DNA of 32,542 bases from Sphaeroforma arctica JP610. Lineage: Eukaryota. Shown here piece by piece: positions 1-11,100 of the stretch; the first letter of the stretch is position 1, and every line of letters begins with the position of its first letter. The position numbers and the translations under genes are program-made. The DNA is taken from contig NW_014040172.1 in the NCBI RefSeq assembly GCF_001186125.1, positions 34,842 through 67,383 on the forward strand. The letters are read 5' to 3'. Below the pieces are notes generated by a model that did not search any database, was not told the DNA's origin, and was given only the letters and a program-made list of their open reading frames with translations.

Positions 1-1007
1 AACTGCGATGACGTAATGAAATCGTTAGTACTCGTATCAGGCATGTGCCATAAAAAGGGTGTACCATGTAAACCGCAAACACAAGGCGCGAATGAAACGC
101 GCCATAGAAGACTTAAGTTCTTCTTACATACTGCATTAACGGATGATGCAGATGATTGGCCGTACCACCTTAAGTGGATACAAACACAAATGAACGAGTG
201 TGCTGATCCGGTCACAGGTACAACACCCGCTCACTATTTTCGTGGCAGATATAGTGAGTTACAAATAGCTTTTGACAAGGACGAACCTAATCACCATGAG
301 TCACCATGGTTAGCGAAGGTACAACGTATTTATAACGTTGTATATCCTTGCTTGCGTGAAACACGCAATATTGCCGTATTAAAAAGGCAAAATAGATGGA
401 ACGCTATCAAAAAGATAGCAGAGTATCAGGTTGGAGACAGAGTTAACATCCGTCAACGTAATTCCGATGCTACTGTATTAACATCTAAATGGATAGGACC
501 ATATATAATCTCTGTAGCTGACCTTAAAAGTGGAACCTACGAGGTAAATAGCCCCGATGGTTCTAGTGCGCTTAATATAGGCACAAGTCGTATTCCGACT
601 ACAGAGATTATACTTGCAAGAAGACATGACTCTAATGCCCCTCTTGATCGTTCTGAATTTAAAGACATTATATGGAGATCGGATAAGGGAGGCTATACAT
701 ACTATCGTACACGCTTATAGACGGTACAATAGCTGAGTTGACTTCAGATGCTTTCGATAATCAAGACTATTTAAAAGCCTTTAATCGAAAATAGCGCCTG
801 CATAAGTCACAAGCTGAAAACGATAGCATGTTTTCATCGTCTGAAGGCACGGAAGTTAAAACTTACCCACCAACAGCATTTATCCCGAGCTTTAATGCTC
901 ACCCTTCATATGTGCTTAAGACACTGAAACATAAGAAACATCCAGTCGACCACCACGGACCTACTGGACCTAAGCCCAAAACTCACAGGCTAACCGAGAA
1001 CGCTTAA
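1..1007 (+). pseudogene. 3' end of Ty3/Gypsy retrotransposon pol: integrase core end, GPY/F region and degenerate chromodomain-like tail; disrupted
   Basis: ORF 16-720 has an integrase-type end-of-core motif (GVPCKPQTQGANETRHR, cf. S.YHPQ.NG..ER) and KWIGPY (GPY/F). After a 1-nt shift at ~717 the frame continues LIDGTIAELTSDAFDNQDYLKAFNRK, hits TAG at 792-794, then stays open to TAA at 1005-1007. A polypurine tract and LTR follow. Confidence 0.8.
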
Positions 1008-1132
1008 CTTCTCCGCCTGAGAAGCATTAACTGTACGATATGCTACTTAATGTTTTCGACCCGTTTTTCCTTTCTCGCTTTTTGACCAATAATCAGCTTG
1101 AGTGAGCAACTTGCTTCTCCTGGGTCTCAAAG

Positions 1133-1146
1133 CTGGGTAGGGGCTA
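1133..1146 (+). mobile_element. Polypurine tract of the Gypsy element
   Basis: GGGTAGGGG lies just upstream of the TGTAA that starts the LTR at 1147. Confidence 0.7.
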
Positions 1147-1877
1147 TGTAATAGCAGGGCCTCCACATTAGACTCTATGTTATAAACGTACTCTTAAGCA
1201 GTACGTATACTCTTAATAGTACAAGGAACATAAGTTTCCTAAATGGTTTTTAACGGTTTTATTAATTAATACCTTTTCCATTTTACATATCAGATATTTG
1301 GACAAGGCCATTAAAAGGCCCCAGTAAAATACCAAACATAAGATTTGGTCTAGTTCTATTAATAGAACTATATTTACTTTTCAAATCTATTTATATCTGA
1401 ATACTTCGGTAGCGAGATAGCTCAACCGAACATAGGTTTCTAAGGACTATTCGCGTTGCTTAGTTTATCCTCCGTTCAGCCAACCAGATGTGCCAGTCTG
1501 ATGAAGGCTAAGTCGGTAATTCTTGATAAGTGGAAAGTTATTGCTTAAAATAATAACAAAAGACATCAAGAGTATTTTCTTTTCCTTTTACTATTTTTTT
1601 CTAAAGATAGGATTTTATGAGTCTCTCGGATTCGCAATAGAGCGACAACGAAACATTAAATAAAATCCCTTCGGCTAAAACAGTACTTAGAGGATTATAT
1701 ATAGGCAATGTCTCAGCCTCACAATCCCTCAGAGTATTGCTGTTTTCACGAGGCATACCTAACTTTACCAAAAGACTCATTTCGTTTATTTACATCGAAT
1801 TTCGAGATACTTAGACTTAACCTACGTGTTTAATTACTCTAAGGCGTTAATATCGCCTTGATAGACCGAATCTTACA
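1147..1877 (+). mobile_element. 3' LTR (731 bp) of the Gypsy element
   Basis: Starts TGTAA (1147) after the polypurine tract and ends TTACA (1877), forming terminal inverted repeats. The interior is AT-rich and non-coding, and composition changes right after 1877. The partner LTR is outside the window. Confidence 0.7.
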
Positions 1878-3491
1878 AAAGAGTATGGATAACGTCAATC
1901 TATCGACTAGTGCTGGATGGGGATAAACTGGTGCCTGTTGTTCATGGAGAAGCAAGCTCCGAGATGTTCGTGAAGAGTCCTTATGCCGTGATAATCATGC
2001 CGATCCAATTGGGGGTAGATTGGGGCCCATCGAAATACGTCTTATCAGAGAACTGATACATGCAAAGTGGCTGAACGTGAAAGTCTTTATCTCTAGGGCA
2101 CACAGGGCAGAAGCATCCACCAGTACGATAGTCAAGCAATTTGAACAGGAACGTGTTGGTTGCTGTCATGGCACAAAGACGGATTGGGGTGTGTTCGCGG
2201 CAATGGGGAGAGCTGTCATGGGACGGCTTGTCCCGGTCCGTGGTGGAAAGTTCTCCCCTTATAAATCGATAGTAGTATCGGCGGCAAGCGTTGCCAGCTA
2301 TCTCCTTGGTTGTGAGATGTTGTGTGGTATTATGTCGAATTTGCTCGCGGATCTTACGGACTTCTTTGTGTTGAGGTGTGCACCCGCCCTTTGATTCTAG
2401 ATAAGCGTAAATACTGAACGGAAATTTGTCTGGAGTTCTGTTACATGTCCAAGCGGGTCTCATAAGTGGGGCGAGTGGGTAGCAAGGCACAGATGAGATA
2501 TTTGTCTGGAATATGCTCGCCGACATCTATGAGATCTTGGCGTAGTTCCTCCAGTTACTGCATACTCTGTTCAATGGAACCAGTGGTTGTGAATGTGATG
2601 GGGCGCTTCATGGCATCCCAGAATCGATCTTGGGTGCCGGTATTGTTAGTAACACACATATAATTAAAAGATTCAGATGGTGTCTTAGAGTAATGGTTTT
2701 GGTAAACAGTGGTGACAAGCTGCTTTTCGATGGAAGCTATCATTATACGTCTGCACCGGGGATCAGCGAGTGGAACAACACCACAAATCTGCTCACAATC
2801 TGGATGTAGTCTATGAAGTACGCCGAAGTGCGCAAGTTTCATTTTGAGGCCCATGATCCATTTACTGAAGTTTTCCCAATTCTCAAGTTTAGTGCGGTTG
2901 TATATGTCCTCATACTTGGGGCACTCAGAGAGGGGAATAGCTGGGTCGGTGGCGGTAATACCATATTTTTCCGCATAGCATGATGAATCTACCTCGATAG
3001 CACCGGAGTAGTTTAGCGATCTTGTCCAATGTCTCTGGCAGTATGATACGAGTAGTGTCGAGTTCGAGTTGAAGACCAGAAAAGTTATCGGTAGAGTTCT
3101 CGGACTGCTCGTAGAGACGCGATTGAGTTTCTGTTAGGCGGTCTGTTAGTTGTTTGTGGTCGATTTGTAGTGATTCGTTTTTAGCAAGAAGCACTTCGTG
3201 TTCATCGCCTAACTGTACATTATGACGTTTGTAATTGTCGAGATCGGCTTGAACATCTTTGCGTTGTTTGTTTGCATGATGCAGATCACTATGTGCCATT
3301 GTAAGACGTGCTATTACTTTCGCAGAAGAGCCAAATATTTCATCGTAGGAGATGCGGAGATCCATGACCGTCATGTGACCTTTGGCGGATTCGAGAGTGG
3401 TGTACACAGGTAGTTCTGGCCAGAATTCACTCGCGAAGGCTTGTGCCTCGTTGAGAGAGTTGAAAACCTTGGGCCAGTTGACGACCTCCAT
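1878..3491 (-). pseudogene. Decayed Ty1/Copia-type gag region with stops and frameshifts
   Basis: ORF 3491-2925 is coiled-coil-like. After a frameshift near 3010 the frame reads KLENWENFSKWIMGLKMKL, resembling the Copia Gag N-terminal motif. It continues GSIEQSMQ*LEELRQDLIDVGEHIPDKYLICALL, resembling the UBN2/Retrotran_gag_2 region. A CCHC knuckle CPVCPRDKDFHVQPLC lies at 2109-2062. The region is downstream of a Copia-type primer binding site. Confidence 0.7.
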
Positions 3492-3680
3492 TGTGTTACA
3501 TGTGGGATTGATTGATTACGTGTGTAAAGTATTAGGGACTGTAGCCAATCCGTAAGTCTGATTGGGTAATGGGGTTGATGTTTAGTTGAGTTGGGTTGAT
3601 GTTTATATAGTGTTTAGTTGAGTTGGGCTGGTGTTTAGATGGGTATTAGTTGATGTTATGACTTACTATCGTGTGAAATT

Positions 3681-3694
3681 CGAGGCCCATAACC
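3681..3694 (-). mobile_element. Primer binding site, half-tRNA-iMet (hemivirus/copia) type
   Basis: The minus strand reads ...GAACA GGTTATGGGCCTCG. GGTTATGGGCC directly after a CA LTR end matches the site of Drosophila copia-type elements, which is complementary to the tRNA-iMet anticodon arm. Confidence 0.7.
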
Positions 3695-3999
3695 TGTTCG
3701 ACGAATGTAAACAGATAGGAAGTAAGTTTGTTTAGTTTCCCCTACTGGGGTCAAATAGGGTTCTACCGTTTAGGGCGGGAACCTCTTTTGTTCTTGTCAC
3801 GGGTGTCATATTGCTAGTAGCATGACACCTTTCAGTTCATGTACCGAACTATATATATTCTTGAGATTTTCACTGACTGTTTGTTGTGTCCAAAAACGTC
3901 AACTCATAGGCATTATACTTGATGTGGTAGTTAGTTCACTCAATCTCCGCTCCTGCCTCAAGTTTTGCATAGTGAATCAAGAAGATCTACATAGGAACA
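3695..3999 (-). mobile_element. Candidate 5' LTR (~305 bp) of the Copia-type element
   Basis: The inner boundary is fixed by the primer binding site (TGTTC at 3695). The outer boundary is proposed from the matching GAACA at 3995-3999. A TATATATA run lies at ~3850. No second LTR is available to confirm the outer end. Confidence 0.45.
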
Positions 4000-5149
4000 C
4001 AGTAACCATTTAAGAAGACATCTACCAGGAGTCCGTGCTCTAATGGGAGGTGCAGTTTTGTTCACCAATCGTAACTGCCACGAAATCGCATTTCAACCTC
4101 AATCTACTTTAGCTTGAACTAAGCAGGTTCCCCACGAGTATCAAATACTGATCAATCCGCCTTGAAATATTCATAGGAGCTCATTTTGATCATAGTGGAT
4201 TAGAAGCACTTTTAACCACATGGTAGACGAGAGAAGTAATGTCTCAATTTGATATGTTTCAAGTTTAGCATACACAATTTTGATGCGTTCAGAATCAATA
4301 CAATACTGGTAAACTGCATCGATCGGTTAGTTTCCCCGCATCAGGCAGCCGGGTCGTCACGACACATGATTGAATAATTAAGGCGACTATAAAAGTGTAT
4401 CCGAACTAACCAAGACACTTGTTGTCGCAAACGATCGAATCTACGTCGCTGGACAGGATCCTTACAATACCCAGGAATCAAAGATCTGTTTGCGTTCTCA
4501 TGGTTGAACCGTGAAGCAAGAAATCAAATTTTGTAAAGAAATCAAATTTCACCTTTGAGTCAATTTTTTTGCCAGTGAAGAAGTGGTGGCTTAGGAGTAA
4601 ATATTGGAGCTTCGACATATGGCTCTCGATTCGCGATGCTAATGCTCTTACATTCATTACATCTGTCATCGTCAGGTACTATAGCTAATTCTAAGTTCGT
4701 GAGCTAGGCTTGGGTTCTCAGGGATTAGAGGGCTAGGGGATTATTTTAAAACGGTATAGCTGCTGATAGTAACAGCTTCTCAAATGTATTCGAGGTGTGA
4801 GGTGTCGCTTAAATCATCAGAATGCATTTGACTTGTATTCTGTGTACATATAACCAATATTGCTAGCAGTAAGCTCGTCTTTACCACTCACTCTGCTGTA
4901 CTACCAGATCATATTGCAACTTAGTAGTGCCGAAAGGCGAAATAGGGCAAGTACATACCAATTTCACGTCAACTTAAAAGCAGTTCGGACATATTTAAAG
5001 CAAATGTGGTATGCACGCTAGACATTGAACTGATCGCATGGCCCCAATAGTGTCGAGACAAGTGAACATAAGTTACTTAATTTATCTTTAGTCGTGGTTA
5101 ATGTCATGATGACTTCTAAATTCCATGCTTGACTCGCATGCTAATCATT

Positions 5150-8100
5150 TCAAAGAATTTCGCGTTCTTTGGCGGTATTTAGGCCTGCGTGACCGCTTCG
5201 GGCCTGTCGTGGTGAAGGAAACCTTTTCCACCTTTCATCATCCACGCATGCATCTGCGTCTGCCTGCTTTTCGGCCTGTGTCGCTATCTTTGTGTCTGAA
5301 TGTATATGACTTTGGGTTTGAGGTGGTATGCCATTCAGCGTATTGTGCCGTGTACTCGCATGCGAGAGCATATACGGGTTTGTACTGGAATGTGGGGGGG
5401 CACTCGTAGCATCCTCCAAGGAGCTGGCAGTGTTAGTTGGTATGTTCATTTCTTCTAAGACGTGCTTAATATGCACTAAAGTGTTGTCCAGCCCCACGAT
5501 TTTAGACTTTAGCGTGTTCACTTCTTTAGTGAGCGAGTCTACCAGAGCCAACAGCACTTGTTGACTTCTATCCGTTGGCTCTGGGTATTGCACAGCGGGG
5601 CCGTTACAAATGGGTCTATGCGACTCAGGCTCAAGAATACTGCATAAATTGTTTTCACTATCTGATATGGTATGTACGCTGTCCGCGATCGGTGTCGGTG
5701 ACACGTGTGTGTGTGTGCACGTTGAGGAAGAGCTGGGCGAGTTCAGTAGCTCACCAGCACGCTTGCCCTGTACCCTGAACCCTCTCGGAGGGGTTTGTTG
5801 TCTCTGTGAACGTCTCCTAAGAACTTCAATCCCACCTCTAATCCTACTTCGTAATTTCTGCTTTTTGTTACGCCCCCCTTCGGTTGTGTTTCTACCACTG
5901 TGGGTATCGGTACCGTCTTGCTTTGTACCGTTATGCTCAATGTTTACCCGATCAGATTTAGCAATTCGACTAGCTGTTGCTGCTTCCGAATTCTCGCTTT
6001 CCTTGTTTTCTTGTGTTGTTGATCGTTCCTTGTGCGGTGATGGCGTGGGTTCTTGGAACTTGCTGCCTGTAGCGTGTACAGTAGGCGATACGTTAAAGTC
6101 GGTATCCGCCGAGTTCCCTGAATTTCTATCGGATGACGCATAGACTACCGTCTTCGTATCCGTTGCACTGGCGTTTTCGGAGTTTGGCTTCTTGCTACAC
6201 GAATAAGTCTTACTTAACGATTCATCCCTTGCAGGGGCGCCCATATCCCCTTTAGTTCCAGACTCTGATTTCACAGTAGAGGGGACAGTCGTTGCTGGCG
6301 GCAACAAGGGAGTGATCGCGTGTCGTGCTTGATAAGGAATACGGCCATTGTGCGCAATCACTCGGCCGTATTTGTTGCTGAGAATTTGTGTCACCTCGCT
6401 CAGAGACAGATTGGAGACTGCGGTGGAATATGAACCGAGGGACGATTCGTGGCAGATTAGAATACAGTGTGAAAGAACGACAGGGCTTTAAAACAGGTTT
6501 GTTTCAGGAGAAGCAAACAGAATTCGTGACTTTGCTCAGCATTGCACGTTAGACAATGACAAGAACATACGTAATTTTGCTAGAAAAAAAATTTAGAAAA
6601 TAACCAGACTGCCAATACACACAACGACCTTCTCATGCAGTTGATAAACGAATGTATTTATCATGCTACGCCAATCAGTCAAAACAGCTGAGCTAACCGC
6701 AACCTACGAATATGGATTACTTACACCGCTCTCGCACACATAACTTTAACCTACAACCATTGCACCCGGGTGTACGAACATGTCGTACAGATACAGGAGA
6801 GCCAAAGGACTCTACTCTACATTTATGAACATTGTAGATACATACACATTACAAATTTAGGCATAATATCGAGGCACGGGTTTACCGGTTTAATATATGA
6901 CGCAGAATCATGTCATCACCATTAGTACTAAAGCGTTCGCAGACGCAAAAAAAAAGAACAACCCCCCTGGATTGTCAATACAGAATTCCACGCTAGATCA
7001 CACAATATACGTATGTCCACTGCTATTCCCATTTGGCATGGTTGATCTGGCCATTTTTTGACAAAGAGTTCAAGGCGACAGACGTCACAGCAATTCAGGC
7101 GAATTGCAGTCATCTCCACACCATGCGTCAAACAGACACAAGAAATGTTTGAGATGTCACCCAACAAAAGGATCGCCTTGCATTCGACATACGCTCAGAC
7201 ACACATGTGACGCATATAGGATAAGCCACCCACAGAGCTCACTGTTGTCTCGGTGAGCTGTATCTGTCTCAACAGCGAGAAGAATCATATAGCAAACACA
7301 GACAGCTATGGACACAGGTATATCTTCGAGACATGTTCGAATATAGAAAAAAAATGTACACCACACACGCACACATGCCTACAGGCTTACACGTACCGTT
7401 ATCAACACCTGTGGATTTGACCATGTGGCGCAGATAGGTCAAGGCCACAGGGCTCACTGCTATCTCGGCAAGCTGCATCTGTTTCAACACCAAGAGTACG
7501 CTAGGGATGTCCTTGATGTTCTTGAGCGAACTGTTGGAAAGCACGGAAATGGGTGGAAAGTGTGAGTTGGACCAAGTGAAGAGGTACACAGGTGGTACAA
7601 TGCCTATGCTTATCTGTACAAAATGAAAATAGAAATCAAATATACACTCGAACTAGTTTCAAAACTTATGTACATGTGAGTATGCAAGTGATATAACGGA
7701 CACACTTCGGCTATTTTTTCAAAACTTGTACCTAAGCGTATTTAAGTAATCTAATGTGATGCACAGACTTCAACTTTTCTTGTTAAAACTAGTATTCAAG
7801 TGATGTAATATAATGCAATGTACACACTTCGACTTCTCTTTTGACAATCAGCGCACATGGGTGTGTGTAAGTATGCGAGTAGACAAAATTTCAGCCACCT
7901 TTGATACAACTACTACATGTCTGATGTAACCATACGACTACATACATCAGCCCACCTTATCACACTGGTGTACAAGTCTGGATACAAGACATCTACTACA
8001 TGTCTGATGTAACCATACGACTGCATACATCAACCCACCTTATCACACTGGTGTACAAGTCCGGATACAAGTGCCGCTTTTGCGTCTTGGTATGCATCTT

Positions 8101-11100
8101 CGGGAACACTCTATTCACCATCTCGTCCCGGCCAGTCCGTGCCACAATAGCCAGTACTAGCTTGATATGCACACCGTTAATCGGCTTGTCCTTATGCAAC
8201 GACAGCTGTCTGAGCACCTCTAGCGCCCCGTCACAGTCATTGACCACACGCAAACCCTTCAGAAGTTGCTCATACAGTGCCTGTCGCTTAGCTTGCAGCA
8301 ATGGGATTTGCGGCATCGCAAACAACACACGCCTGAGTGTGTGTCGGTCAGCTATCTGCATCGCATGCACTAGCAACCGCTGCACATTACCCGTCGAGAG
8401 AGTTTCCAATGACTGTGCGGTAGTAGCTATTTCAGAGTGCGAGCGAGGCGCTTCGGTAGCAGTCTGTACGATATCAGCATCTTTGTTCGCGTACTTGTCT
8501 TGACTAGCAGGCAGAGTATCTCCTTCCGTGTGGGTGTGTGGTGGTTGTTGGTGTTCTGCATGAGACAGTATTTGCGATACTGGTGCGTCAACCTCGAAAG
8601 GGGTTGGATGGGAAAATACCCGGATACGATCCAGCACATCCTGTGGCGCGTTGTGGTACGAACAGCGGCTAACAATATCAGCCACTAAGGCATGGGGGAC
8701 ACTGGGTATGCTCTCCAGTGCGGCGATACACTCATCGTACATCTTGAAGGCGGCCAAACCAGACGCCACAGTTTGGTGTAACCTGTGTCAAGTATGTGAT
8801 GCGAGAGATAGCAAGGGTGCGAAAGAGGAGTGATTTGTTTAGGAACCCGACAATGGTTACTTTCGGTCAGTTGATTAAATGCCGTAAATTGCCTAATCCA
8901 GGCCATATGTATGCCTACTTCACGAAATCCGCAGAGTGTGGTTTGTGAAGGAGGTATATGCGAGAGCTCCACTGAAAATGGAGCTTGATCGAAGAATCGC
9001 GGCCTTTGAAACATTCCGATAGCATGACTGGACAACCCCTTGTAGTATTGCTTTGCTTTGAGCTCCAAGTTTGAACATATGGATAAATTTGAGTGCATAT
9101 TCTTCACCCCAAAGTGTAGTTTATTCCTCGGAATTGAACTACAAACAACCTCAGTACAGTCAGACACGAGTTCCCACTCAAACCATCTGCCTACACATTG
9201 TCATTCCATTCCATACAACCACACTACTAGAAAGACAGAGAATAGGAATAGGGGTTAAAGCGCAAACAATCTACCTGAAGTCGCTGTTGTCTATTGCGCC
9301 ATTCGAGCAATGCTGCAAACATTTCTCCCACGTTTGCACGAAAACCTCACGATGCCCCACTAGACTCGCCTGCGCCAATGTTTCCAACCACGGGTCTAAG
9401 CCCAGATTGCGGTCTATAGTAGCTTCTAAGTACTGCTGCAACATCACCACACGCCCGCGAATGATCAGGTTTCTACCAAGGATTCGGTAGGTATATGCAT
9501 CGGGCCGAACTTCGGGATTGGGGCTGTCAGCCATATCTAGAAGGGTCTGTACGGCGTTCCTCAGTCGGAAATTATCACAGTAGGCGTGTAACAGCATGTT
9601 GTAACTGGATTTGCGAACGAAATTTTTATGAGCTACACGTTGAAGTTTGATAAGAGAAAGCTGTGAAATTCGTATAAGATGGTCTGGCTTATATTAGGAT
9701 TGTATGATGGTTTGTCACCAGCGCACAGGTTATGGCGTTTTAGAGTGTGTATACTGATACGGAAACAACAATGCATATATATAGACCCATATACAAGCGT
9801 ATTACTATATAATATAAGTATGCCTTTACATTTGAATACGTACAAGTAGTTGCGCTAGTACGTACTCAATTGTATTGATGCGAGAAATCAGCAGCCAGGA
9901 ATTACGCTGAAATGTCAAATGATCAGAATTACACTTATATCACCATGAGATTCACACTCAACTCTCACGCCGAGATTACGAATTATGAAGTGTTCGAGAA
10001 TAAACATTCAAGTCCAGTATACATATACACACGCATAAAAATTCATCCAGACATCCGTAAGCCTTCAGGTCTTACCTTGTGGTGTCCACTCCCACTTCAT
10101 TCTGCATCTCCCCTATCAGCCGCTCCACATAGCGCACCGCCGTGGGCATAGGCGTCATACGGCGCATAGCAGCCAGAACTGTGTTGTGTGTCTTGCGGTC
10201 GGCTTTGATATCCTTGGCGTGCCTAAGCTCTTGAAACCACAACTGAATCGCATCGTCGATGTTTCCAGCGCGGGTATGCATGCCCAGCATGATACGATAC
10301 GATTCGTTGGTGGGTCGACCGGACGCGAGAGTACCTGCGGAGGAAAATAAAGTGATAGATATAAGTATAGCCGTGACGAGTGCACATGGACGTGTAAGTG
10401 TATATGTGTATGCAAACGGGTGCTTGCATGCGCATGTCCAGGTACATGACTTCGATATGACCATACACGGATAGACTTGCAAACACAGCTATAAACAAAG
10501 CGCAAATGCAATATTGAACGAAACCATGCAAAGCTACACAAAAACATATGCACGTAAACAAACCCGCATGTCCAGTCAAACAAGCACACTCCAAAAGAAT
10601 GATACGAGAAAGATGCCTAAACAAAAACACACACACATATATATTTTACGACACATCAAATAAGTGAACGGGACGTAAAAAATAAGTACTTCTAGATCAC
10701 TCACAAAAAACCCAATCCAATACACAATCAAATACAGGCAAACTCATACAAGCACATAACCTCAACCCAGTTGTATCTGTGCAAAGGAATACATATAGAT
10801 GCATCAACAGCATAACCTGAAGTAGGATGCTTCGTATGATACACTTAAACCTATGCAAAGGACTGCAAATAGAATACATCGACGGTAAAACTCGAAGTGG
10901 GCGCCTCGTATGGCACAACTATCTCATATAAAACATTGAAACCGAATGCATTGAAGTAGACTTCAAAGTGGGTAGCTTTGTACGGCACAACTATACCCAT
11001 GCCAAACATTGCAAACCGAATACATTGTAAGTGAACTTCGAAGTGAGATGTCTTGCATGGCACTATTGTATCTTTACAAAGGACAGCAAATGCAAACCGA

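Noticed and set aside
3681..3697. tRNA-Met anticodon-like sequence GGCCCATAACC
   Set aside because: No D-arm, T-arm or acceptor stem is visible; it is better explained as a retrotransposon primer binding site.
4478..4669. Short minus-strand ORF containing an AAGAAATCAAATTT direct repeat
   Set aside because: It is only 63 codons with no motif or supported splice partner.
7531..7613. Alternative PPR acceptor at 7613
   Set aside because: It is phase-incompatible with the upstream exon and gives an immediate TAA. The acceptor at 7530 has a better pyrimidine tract and keeps the frame.
5125..9490. Plus-strand ORFs such as 5610-6143, 8000-8503 and 9071-9490
   Set aside because: They are antisense shadows of PPR exons with no recognisable motifs.
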